A stretch of 54,268 nucleotides of DNA from Octopus bimaculoides (lineage: Eukaryota), in contig NC_068982.1 of assembly GCF_001194135.2 (NCBI RefSeq), forward strand, positions 92,273,767 through 92,328,034, given 5' to 3'. A program made the translations under genes and the position numbers. Positions 26,298-36,593 of this stretch are shown here, one piece after another. The notes beneath the pieces were generated by a model that did no database searches, was not told the DNA's origin, and saw only the letters and a program-made list of their open reading frames with translations. The first letter of the stretch is position 1. Each line of letters begins with the position of its first letter.

Positions 26298-27226
26298 NNN
26301 NNNNNNNNNNNNNNNNNNNNNNNNNNNNNNNNNNNNNNNNNNNNNNNNNNNNNNNNNNNNNNNNNNNNNNNNNNNNNNNNNNNNNNNNNNNNNNNNNNNN
26401 NNNNNNNNNNNNNNNNNNNNNNNNNNNNNNNNNNNNNNNNNNNNNNNNNNNNNNNNNNNNNNNNNNNNNNNNNNNNNNNNNNNNNNNNNNNNNNNNNNNN
26501 NNNNNNNNNNNNNNNNNNNNNNNNNNNNNNNNNNNNNNNNNNNNNNNNNNNNNNNNNNNNNNNNNNNNNNNNNNNNNNNNNNNNNNNNNNNNNNNNNNNN
26601 NNNNNNNNNNNNNNNNNNNNNNNNNNNNNNNNNNNNNNNNNNNNNNNNNNNNNNNNNNNNNNNNNNNNNNNNNNNNNNNNNNNNNNNNNNNNNNNNNNNN
26701 NNNNNNNNNNNNNNNNNNNNNNNNNNNNNNNNNNNNNNNNNNNNNNNNNNNNNNNNNNNNNNNNNNNNNNNNNNNNNNNNNNNNNNNNNNNNNNNNNNNN
26801 NNNNNNNNNNNNNNNNNNNNNNNNNNNNNNNNNNNNNNNNNNNNNNNNNNNNNNNNNNNNNNNNNNNNNNNNNNNNNNNNNNNNNNNNNNNNNNNNNNNN
26901 NNNNNNNNNNNNNNNNNNNNNNNNNNNNNNNNNNNNNNNNNNNNNNNNNNNNNNNNNNNNNNNNNNNNNNNNNNNNNNNNNNNNNNNNNNNNNNNNNNNN
27001 NNNNNNNNNNNNNNNNNNNNNNNNNNNNNNNNNNNNNNNNNNNNNNNNNNNNNNNNNNNNNNNNNNNNNNNNNNNNNNNNNNNNNNNNNNNNNNNNNNNN
27101 NNNNNNNNNNNNNNNNNNNNNNNNNNNNNNNNNNNNNNNNNNNNNNNNNNNNNNNNNNNNNNNNNNNNNNNNNNNNNNNNNNNNNNNNNNNNNNNNNNNN
27201 NNNNNNNNNNNNNNNNNNNNNNNNNN
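26298..27226. other. Assembly gap between a (TA)n tract and the RTE 3' UTR
   Basis: Run of N. Confidence 0.99.
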
Positions 27227-28436
27227 TTTCACATGCCACCTGCACAGGAGCCAGTCCAGCGGCACTGGCAACGACCTCACTCAAATGATTTTCTAATGTG
27301 CCACCGGCACAAGTGCCAGTAAGGCGATGCTGGTAATGATCATGCTCAAATGGTGCTATTTACATGACACTAGTACAGAAGCCAGACAGCTGCTCTGGCA
27401 ATGATCACGCTCAGATGGTACTGTTAGTGCTCCACTGGCACAGGTGCAGGTCATCGAATATGGTTCAATTACGATTTCAATTTCACTTGCCCTAACAGGT
27501 CTTCACAAGCAGAGTTTAGTGTCCAATGAAGTAAGATACGAATAAGTGAGCTGGCTACACTTCTGGCAGAGGCCACAGATTATGCTCTCACTTGGCTTGC
27601 CGGGTCTTCTCATGTACTGCATATTTCCAAAGGTCCCGGTCACTAGTCATTGCTTCGGTGAGGACTGAAGTTCAAAGGTTGTGCTTCACCACCTCATCCC
27701 AGGTATTCCTGGGTCTACCTCTTCCACAGGTTCCCTCAACCGCTAGAGTGTGGCACTTTTTCAAACAGCTATCCTCATCCATTCTTGCCACATGTCCATA
27801 CCAGCGCAANNNNNNNNNNCAGCTATCCTCATCCATTCTTGCCACATGTCCATACCAGCGCAATTGTCTCTCTTGCACACCACAACTGATGCTTCTTAGG
27901 TCTAACTTTTCTCTCAAGGTACTTACACTCTGTCAAGTATGCACACTGACATTATACATCCGTCGGAACATACTGGCTTCGTTTCTTGTGAGCTTACGCA
28001 TGTCCTCGGCAGTTACAGCCATGTTTCACTGCCATGTAGCATGGCGGTTCGTACACATGCGTCATGCAGTCTGCCTTTTACTCTGAGTGAGAGGCCCTTT
28101 GTCACCAGCAGAGGTAAGAGCTCTCTGAATTTTTCCCAGGCTATTCTTATTCTAGCAGCTACACTTTCAACGCACCCTCCCCCGCTACTAACTTGGTCAC
28201 CTAGATAGCGGAAGCTATCAACTACTTCTAGTTTTTCTCCCTAGAATGTGGCAAAGGTTGTTTTCTGCACATTTTCAGTGTTTATTGCTCCTGAGCATCT
28301 GCCACATACAAAAACTATCTTGCTAGTTAGCCTTCCTTTGATATTGCTGCACCTCTCATGTGTCCATAGCTTACTATGTCTACAGGTTGACTCTAAGGCC
28401 CTTCGATTCTAGTCCTTGCTTCCACACCTGAAACTG
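27227..28436 (-). mobile_element. RTE-clade LINE fragment (RT C-terminal half + 3' UTR), decayed
   Basis: LEVVDSFRYLG, MLHGSETW and LRWYGHVARMDEDS...GRGRPRNTWDEVV are typical of the RTE C-terminus. Stops and an internal deletion relative to the 53166 copy. Confidence 0.9.
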
Positions 28437-29318
28437 CAAAACAAACACACACACACACAAGCACATATAATAAATGAAGATGAATAGATATTCAACAATT
28501 CATTTTATTCTACAAATGTTTCAATAGCATAGCAATTTATTTGCACTCAATGTATTACATTATTTTATATACTAAATTGCCCTTCATTTCATCTGGCATT
28601 TATAGTCTCAGGTTCAGTCCTACTGCACTCTACTTCAGGCCAGTGTCTTCTAATATAGCCCTAGGTCAATCAAAGCTTGTGAGTGGATCTGGCAGAAAGA
28701 AGCACATCATATATGCATGTGCATGTGTTTGTGTGGTAGGGAATTTTACAACTGATCTGGACTCACAAGACATGAAAGTACACAGTGCTGTACAGAACAA
28801 CTCTATTGAAAATGAATATTGCATCTGCAACAAAAATCCAAGACATTTGCAGGCTTTAAAAGCCATTGTAGGTCCTATAACCATTGAAAAAATACCCCAG
28901 AAACAACTTGTCAGTGATGGTCATAGTCAACTAACAAGCTGATACCTATGATGATGATCATCATCATCGTCATTATATATATAATTACATATATAAATAT
29001 ATATATACCCCACTACACTCTTGGACTGGTTGGTGTTAGGAAGGGCACCCAGCTGGAGAAACTGCCAGCCCTCAGTTAAACCATCCAACCCATGCCAGCA
29101 TAGAAAGCAGACGTTAAACGACAACGATGATGATGATAACGTGTGTGTTTATATCTTGTGTGTACTAACAGATTTACGACTGCTACTGTTCAGTTCAGAG
29201 CTCTACATGGATTATCATCATCTAGTTTTCTTCCAGTGTAGTGGTTAAACAACTACTATACCTAGTAGTATTACTAGTTATGATATACAGAGCAAATGTA
29301 CAAGAAATTATGAAAAAC

Positions 29319-29567
29319 AAGTTTATTTTATTTGTTCCTATACATGTTTCATCATTGTGGTTGTTTAGAACTCTGCATTGGATATTCAACTGAATGCTTA
29401 AGCACAAGAGATCATCATGGAAAGCTTTATTACATTATGTTACGGAGAAGTAATGTCTGACATTAGTTCTGTTGCAGTTAAGCATCCAATTTCACTTGGA
29501 ACATCCAATGCAGAGTTCCTAACAACCATAATGATGAAGCATATGTAGGAACAAATGATATAAACTT
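29319..29567. mobile_element. MITE-like inverted-repeat element (arms about 80 bp); partial second copy at about 2255-2395
   Basis: 29319-29401 is an imperfect reverse complement of 29478-29567. The same arm plus interior sequence recurs near 2255. Confidence 0.7.
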
Positions 29568-29939
29568 ATGCTTATTGTAATTTCTTATATATATAATCAT
29601 CATCATTTTTATTTAGCATTTGTTTTCCATGTTAGCATGAGTTGGATGGTTTGACAGGAGCTGCCCAGGCTCCGTGTCTGTCTTGGCATGGTTTCTACGG
29701 CTGGATGCTCTTCCTAACTCCAACCACTTTACAGAATGTGATGGATGCTTTTATGCAGCACCGACATGAGTGCATTTATGTGGCAATAGTATGGGTGCTT
29801 TTTACATAGCACCAACACCCATGAGTCTGCAAGGTTAGGAATGCTCAACTGGAAAGGGATGCAAGAAACAGCCTGTATGCAAGGATAACCATGCTTTTAC
29901 TTAGCTTGATGTGTCTTCTCAAGCACAACAAAATACCAG

Positions 29940-30560
29940 GAGTCTCAATCCCCTGTCTTCCCCTCTGTGAGTCCCAATGTCTGTAGATCCTTTCTCACCA
30001 TTTCATCTCACATCTTCCTGGGTCTACCCCTTCCCCATGTTCCCTCTACAATTTGAGGTCAGTACTTCTTGATGTAGCTGTCTTCATTCATACGCATTAC
30101 ATGGCCATGCCAGCACAGTCTTCTCTCTTGCATGCTACATCTGATGTTTTGTATACCCAGTTTTCTCTCGTCACTTACACTCTGTCGTATATGCACACTG
30201 GCATTACCCGTTCATTGGAGCATACTGGCTTCATTCCTTTCAAGCCTTTGCATATCCTCAGTAGTTGCTTTTTTTTTCATCCTTTCAGGGTTGATAAATT
30301 AAGTACCAGTGAAACACTGGGGTCAATGTAATCGACTTCCCCCTCCCCAAAGTTTCAGGCCTTGTGGCTATAGTAGAAAGGATTATTGTTGTTGTTGTTA
30401 TTATTATTATTATTATTATTTGTTGTTGTTGTTGTTATTTCTGTTGTTGTTGCTGAGAGAGAGGGCCTTCATTACTAACAGAGGTAGTAGCTCTCTGAAC
30501 TTTGCTCAACCTATTCTTATTCTAGCAGCTATGCTTTCAGAACATCCTCCTCCACTATAT
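29940..30560 (-). mobile_element. Old RTE fragments interrupted by a SINE and a (TTG/TTA)n tract
   Basis: Nucleotide similarity to 27670-28200 on either side of 30270-30440. Confidence 0.65.
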
Positions 30561-30984
30561 ACTCATACACATTCTGCTTCACAATCCAAGCAAAAAAAAA
30601 AAAAAAAAAAAAAAATTAGAGAATCATACAAGTTACACTCTCCTCAAATATTGAATATGGAAATACAGCTACAATAAATGAAAATACATTTGGAAGTTTT
30701 GCCTTTATAATTGATCAGAGCTGTTGGTTTTGTTTTAAACATGTTCAACTAAATTGTCTTGATTCAATACAGTGTTCATATCTAGTTTGCTTTGATTTCA
30801 ATTTTAACTAGTTAGAGCAGTCTATAAACACTGCTTTCTTTGGATGAGGCAAAATACTAATTTTGTTGTAATGGAGTTGATTAAATCAATTTCCAGTATA
30901 TTACAGGTAGATAAGTTATCAACACTAGCATAATGAAAAACAAATTTAACTTGTAAGATTTTAACAGAGACTGTTGTAAGGCAA

Positions 30985-31205
30985 AACTATATAGAGGTGC
31001 AGGCATGGCTGTGTAGTTAAGCTTGCATTGCAAATATTTGGTTTTAGGTTCAGTGCTACTGCACAGCACCATGGGCATGAGTCTTCTACTGTAGCTCCAG
31101 GCTGACCAATGCCTTCTAAGTGAATTTGGTAGCCTGAAACAGAGTGGAATCCTGTCATGCATGCACATGCATATATGTGTGTATGTTTGTCTACCCCCCC
31201 CCACA
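30985..31205 (-). mobile_element. tRNA-derived SINE (CORE-like), old copy
   Basis: Similarity to the 487-1325 family. Confidence 0.5.
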
Positions 31206-31250
31206 CACCATTTGATTTACAGTTCTATATTTGACAGATAAGGAATTATG

Positions 31251-31389
31251 TACATTATTTACATTTGATGGATATTTGTCCTCATCTTGTTTGTTGTTAA
31301 CACTTTTCAGCTGATGTACTCTCCAGCCTTCATCAAGTGTCCTGGGGGGATTTTGAACCTGAGTTCTCATTCCTAAGGTATTTTCCCCA

Positions 31390-31423
<34 letters not shown>

Positions 31424-31473
31424 GGTGGTGGTGGTGATGATGATGATGGTGATGTTGTTGTTGTTGTTCTTCT

Positions 31474-31507
<34 letters not shown>

Positions 31508-31580
31508 CATGTCACTGCCTGGAATTGAACTCAGAATCTTGGGGTTGGTAGCCTATGCTCTTAACCACTATCCCATATGA
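31251..31580 (-). mobile_element. tRNA-headed SINE-like element with degenerate hammerhead motif (copy A)
   Basis: A box 31565-31575, B box GTTCAATTC 31522-31530, compound triplet tract, then a body that is the inverted match of copy B. Hammerhead remnant at about 31299-31341. Confidence 0.7.
31388..31508. repeat. Compound trinucleotide microsatellite (GAT)(GGT)(GAT)(GTT)(AGT)
   Basis: Directly visible; lies between head and body of SINE copy A. Confidence 0.95.
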
Positions 31581-31671
31581 TCTAGTGCAGATATGAGTAG
31601 CATACGGGAACCAGTGTTAAGGAAGGATAGGAAAATATTAGATTTATAGGCCCTAAAATTCACTCCATAAT

Positions 31672-31888
31672 TGCCCGTGGGCATATAGCATAGTGGTTAA
31701 GAGTGCGGGCTACTAACAACAACAACAATAACAATAATAATAATAATATCAGAAAAATACCTTAGGAATGAGAACCCAGGTTTGAAATTTGCCCAGGACA
31801 CCTGATGAAGGCTGGAGAGTATATCAGCCGAAACATTGTGTTAACAACAAACAAGATGAGGACAAATATGTCAAATGTAAATAATGTA
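31672..31888 (+). mobile_element. tRNA-headed SINE-like element with hammerhead motif (copy B)
   Basis: A box TAGCATAGTGG 31686-31696, (AAC)n(AAT)n tract, then body 31753-31888. Confidence 0.7.
31797..31842 (+). ncRNA. Minimal type-I hammerhead ribozyme motif (Penelope-type), stem III mismatched
   Basis: GACAC-CUGAUGA-A-GGCUGG(agaguaua)UCAGCC-GAAAC-AUU-GUGUU. Stem I GACAC/GUGUU, 6-bp stem II, both conserved boxes present. Confidence 0.72.
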
Positions 31889-31949
31889 CAATGTTAATTT
31901 GCTTACATCTCCATAACTTAGCAGTGTAGCAAAAGAGATGAATAAAATA

Positions 31950-33206
31950 CAGGGGTTGGACAAAATAATGGAAACACCTAGCATCATAGCATCAAAATTT
32001 TGAAATACCTATAAAACCGTCAAAAGCTTGTTTGTTTTTATGTTTTTTGATTTATTATTAGTGTTGCTTGACATGTTTTGCTAAAATTGTTGTTTCTTTT
32101 CAGATATCATCAGAAAAAGATAATCACAATTCAATAAAATGACAGATCTATTGGACTTTCAAAGAGGTCAAATTGTTGGTGCTCGTATGGCAGGTGCTAG
32201 CGTAACAAAAACAGCCGAAATGTTTGGTGCATCAAGAAGTACTGTCTCAAAAGTAATGACAGCCTTTGGAAAGAGGGAAAAACCTCCTCATCGAAACAAA
32301 ACTCTGGAAACAAACCAAAACTTTCAGATAGGGACTGTCGGACTCTTATGCAAATTGTTAGAAAGGATCACAAAAGTACAGCTCCCAAAATTACTACAGA
32401 GCTTAATGACTGCCTTGAGAACCCAGTTTCCACAAAAACTGTTCACCTGGGGCTGCACAAAGCCAGATTTCAGGGGAGGTCTGCAATCAGAAAACCACTA
32501 CTTTCAAAAACAAACGTTGCAAAGCATTTAGAGTGGAGTAAAAACCAACAGAATTGGTCCCTAGAGCAGTGGAAGAATGTTATTTTCTCGGACAAGTTGT
32601 CCTTTAGCTCATTTCCGACCACTGGCCGAGTATACATGTGAAGACAGCCAAAAGAAGCATTTGACCCAGACTGCCTTCTTCCAACTGTTCAACATGGAGG
32701 AGGATCTGTGATGATCTGGAAATCTGCCGGCCCAATGGTTTCTCTTCATGGCAGAATTAATAGTCAAGACTATTTAAGCATTTTATCTGATCAAATTCAT
32801 CCTATGATTGCAAAACTATTTCCAGAGGGAAACACAATCTTTCAGGATGATAATGCACCAATTCACACAGCTAAAGTTGTTACTGAATGGCATGAGGAAC
32901 ATTCTAGTGAAGTTAAACATCTTATCTGGCTACCACAGTCCCCAGATCTCAATATTATTGAACATTTATGGTGCATTTCGAAGAACAAGTAAGGAGTCGA
33001 TATATCCCCCACCATCATCACTACAAGAACTGGAGACTGTTTTTGCTAAAGAATTGACAAAAATTCCTTTGGAAACGATTCAAACTTTGCACAAGTCCAT
33101 ACCTCATAGAATTCAAGCTGTAATTATTGCCAAAGGCAGTCCTACGCCATATTAAAATAAATTTGTTTGAAATTTTAAGGTATTTCCATTATTTTATCAA
33201 CCCTTG
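31950..33206 (+). mobile_element. Full-length Tc1/mariner DNA transposon, DD36E spacing (Incomer-like), frameshifted transposase
   Basis: TA|CAGGGGTTGGACAAAATAATGGAAACACCT ... AGGTATTTCCATTATTTTATCAACCCTTG|TA, 1257 bp. Transposase pieces from ATG 32139 (HTH) include VIFSD, FQDDNAPIH and SPDLNIIEHLW. Confidence 0.93.
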
Positions 33207-33770
33207 TAAGTACCAGAATTTAAAAAAAAAGTACTGAGGTTGATTTGTTTGACTAAAACCCTCCAAGGCAGTGCTCCAGCAAGACCACAGTCCAAGTAAA
33301 AGATAAAACAAGTAAAAGGCAAAATAACATGCATTAAATGATATTCAATGATGCTAATCCCAAGTTAATTTTTAGAGATTTCATTTGACCAGGGAGAAAG
33401 TAATTTTTAATTATGTTTAATAATAAAACTTATTTCATTAAACTCAGAGGAGTAAAGGATTGAGCAATGCCATCTCAGTCAATTCCACCAATTTATCTTA
33501 TTTTATTGAAAATTATGCTATAGTTCATTCTGGGTAATTCATTACCAAAATATTTTCTTCTTTTAAATTGCAGTGCCATGAATTTTTCTGAGTTTTCTTT
33601 GAATACTTACGGTTAATACCTTAATATTTAGCTTCAATTTTGGAGATAAGTTCCAAGAGGAAAACAGGTGTGTAGTTCTTTGGAAGATTCTGGCAGATTC
33701 TCATTCTTTTAAATTCTATTCTTCTATTTCTAGCAATTTCATTTTTAGCACGACTAGTTCATGATGTCTA

Positions 33771-34066
33771 CTATTTTGGTTTGTCTTCCACAATTTTTCG
33801 TTTACTAGCCTCTGAAGACTCAAAATTGACAACAGCTTCTGAATAGTCAGAAAAACATTCTGATGGCTCCCATAATGGGCAATTATCAGGTGTAAAAGGA
33901 TCTTCAGTTTGAACATCAATTTTTTCAAGTGCTGTTGGTGCACTCAGTTGGTAAGCATGTAGCATCATTCGGAATGGTTTGCTATCTTGTTTATCACTGT
34001 AGGTATGATCTCCAACAATACAATGTCCTATGTGGGCACAATGGACCCGTAACTGATGAGTGCGAC
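33771..34066 (-). CDS. RPUSD1: RPUSD1-like coding exon 4 (GRTHQLRVHCAHIGHCIVGDHTY...RMMLHAYQL...KPK*)
   Basis: Motif III GRTHQLRVH, GD..Y and MLHA. The 4 exons sum to 849 nt = 282 aa + stop. AATAAA at 33502-33507 on the minus strand. Confidence 0.94.
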
Positions 34067-34274
34067 CTGCAAATTTAAAACAATTATTAATGTACATACT
34101 ATCATATTATGATCATTGAAATATGGAATGTGATCAACTGCACATTGTATATAAGGTCAACGAAATGAAAAGAACTGAGTTTTGCATTTAATAAGTAGTG
34201 AAAATATCATAAATGGAGAGTATACATAACTGATTGACTTATCACAGGATGTAACTAATAAGGAAAATAATTAG

Positions 34275-34580
34275 ACATTCGAGCGAGATCGTTGCCAGTG
34301 CCGCCGAACTGGCTCCTGTGCAGGTGGTACATAAAATACACCATTTTGAGCGTGGCCGTTGCCAGTACTGCCTGACTGGCCTTCGTGCTGGTGGCACGTA
34401 AAAGCACCCACTACACTCTCGGAGTTGTTGGCGTTAGGAAGGGCATCCAGCTGTAGAAACTCTGCCAAATCAGATTGGAGCCTGGTGTAGCCATCTGGTT
34501 TCACCAGTCCTCAGTCAAATCGTCCAACCCATGCTAGCATGGAAAGCGGACGTTAAACGACGACGACAATGATGATGATG
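34275..34580 (+). repeat. RTE 3'-end fragment in RPUSD1 intron 3
   Basis: 34276-34335 is the reverse complement of 27230-27290. Ends in (GAC/GAT)n. Confidence 0.8.
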
Positions 34581-34619
34581 AATAGACAGGGCCTTCACTA
34601 GTAAGATATGAACTCTGAA

Positions 34620-34850
34620 ATGAAATCCTTTCTACTAAAAGCACAAGGCCTGAAATTTGGTGGGAGGGAACTAGTTGATTACGTCGACCCCAATGTTTCA
34701 CTGGCACCTAATTTATTGACACCAAAAGGATGAAAGGAAAAAGTCAACCTCGGCGGAATTTGAACTCAGAACATATCAATGGGAAAAATACTGCTAAGCA
34801 TTTTGCCCAGCATGCTAACAATCCTGCCAGCTTGCTGCCTTGATCCACAT
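34620..34850 (-). mobile_element. Meta-domain-type tRNA SINE in RPUSD1 intron 3
   Basis: GAGTTCAAATTCCGCCGAGGTTGAC B box followed by the Meta-like domain. Confidence 0.65.
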
Positions 34851-35667
34851 GTAATAATGGTTTCAAATTTTGACACAAGGCCAACAAGTTCAGGGAATGG
34901 GGGTTAGTCAATTACTTCAATGCCAGTGTCTTAGGAGGGATAGGAGAAATAATTACGATAGTAAATCAGATTTCAATAAAGAAAACAGCCATTTATGTAT
35001 CATACTTAATGTATATACATCATCGAAAGGCAATTTACTGTGGTATTCTTCTGGAGATAACATTTCTTATGGACGTGCTGTGTTTAAAAACACAATATAC
35101 ATTAGAAGAAGAAAACAATCATCCCAGCATTTCAGCCTTGTCCGGCCTTCTCAATAGCATGTACTCAAAGCCAGCAACATGCTTAATGTGAGATTTGTTG
35201 TCTCTGATATATAGAAAATGGAAATAAAACATTTACTGGCATTGCAAAAAGGTGCTCAGCTGAATTAAAATCCGCTATATGCAATAGAAGCAGTATTAAC
35301 TCTGTACCATTAGAGCTTATTCTGTCAAATGTAATACATATTTATTCACATTCCTTTGAAGATTTTGATGATGTGACTGTTTATTTAAAGAATGACATTG
35401 TCACATAGGTGTGAGGGGCTGGACCTGACCAGTTTGAACATAAAAGAGGTAGAATATTTGGCCAGTTTAAATGTGAAAGGGTTAAAATAGCCATCTATGT
35501 ATTATATTTAATGTAGATACATCACTGAAAAGCAATTTACTACAGTATTCATACAGTATGTTGTTTTTAAATACAGCACATCCATATGAAATGTTATCAT
35601 TGAACAAATACCATAGTAAATTGAATTTCAATGATGCATTTATATCATGTATGATACACAGATGGGT

Positions 35668-35970
35668 GTGAAGGTGCGTGGCCTAATGGTAAGGCTATTG
35701 CATTCACGATCACTAGATTATGAGTTTGACTCCCTGATTGGGTAGCACACTGTGTTCTTGAGCAAAACACTTCATTTCACATTGCTCCAGTCTCCCTTTT
35801 AATCAGGGGGGAATGTTGGCCTGCTCGCCTAGCCAGCGAGGCGGTGGCATTTGAAGGCTAAAACAATGCAAAAACACATTGTCATCAGTGATGTGTAACA
35901 ACATCTGACAGCCTGGTCAGTCATATGATCATGTGATCTATGTCATGTGATCATGTGATCATGTGACATA
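35668..35970 (+). mobile_element. tRNA-derived SINE with GTGTTCTTGAGCAAAACACTT central domain and (ATCATGTG)n tail
   Basis: A-box-like TGGCCTAATGG, B-box-like GAGTTTGACTCC and a conserved SINE central motif. Confidence 0.55.
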
Positions 35971-36388
35971 GATGGTTATTTTAAATCAATGTTGTTTGTA
36001 TTGCATACAAAAGGAAAAAAATAGAATTAGTTATTTAACTAAACCTTTCTGAATTCCTGATTATAACAAAAAACTAATTAAGACAGTGTTGCTGCTACTG
36101 TTTAGCCCCTGGTAAGACCAGATTGAGCAGATTTTTGATCAAAGACATTCCAACCATGACTATCTTCCATTTTATACATTTGGAACTAAATTATCTAATC
36201 TTATCCCTTTTCTATTTTAGATAGTAGGGTATGATTTGAGGGAAATTTTGTCTTCTCTTTCTAGTAAGTTGAGCTATTTATTGGTTTAGTTGCTACTCTT
36301 TTGTAACAGGGTATTAGGATACAGAATATGTTACAGATATCTATAAGCATGTAAACATATAGTATACATTGAAAATTAACAACATGAC

Positions 36389-36593
36389 CTGTTTTGGGAA
36401 TCAAGAGAACTTTTGATACAGGATCTCCGTCATATGTTCCATGTTCTAAGCAGATAATATGCGTCAGACATGATCGAGCATTTAAACATCCTCGTGTACC
36501 AGAGGTGCACATTTTATGAAAATCTGTAATAAAACTGTTTTTGCCAATGCTGATATCAACATATTGTTGTTTGATATTTACATGCCCTCGTAC
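36389..36593 (-). CDS. RPUSD1: RPUSD1-like coding exon 3 (VRGHVNIKQQ...LEHGTYDGDPVSKVLLIPKT + 1 nt)
   Basis: Resembles RPUSD1 'LEHGLYAGDPVSKVLLKPLTG'. TTTTTCAG acceptor, G|GTCATG donor, 205 nt. Confidence 0.92.

Noticed and set aside
26190-27296. Long ORFs of 344-368 aa in the ORF track
   Set aside because: Almost entirely X residues from the N-gap plus (TA)n. The same applies to the ORFs at 660-1136 and 53375-53930.
31510-31715. tRNA genes
   Set aside because: Only partial A/B-box heads joined to repeat bodies, with no complete cloverleaf; these are SINE heads. The same holds for the other SINE heads in the window.
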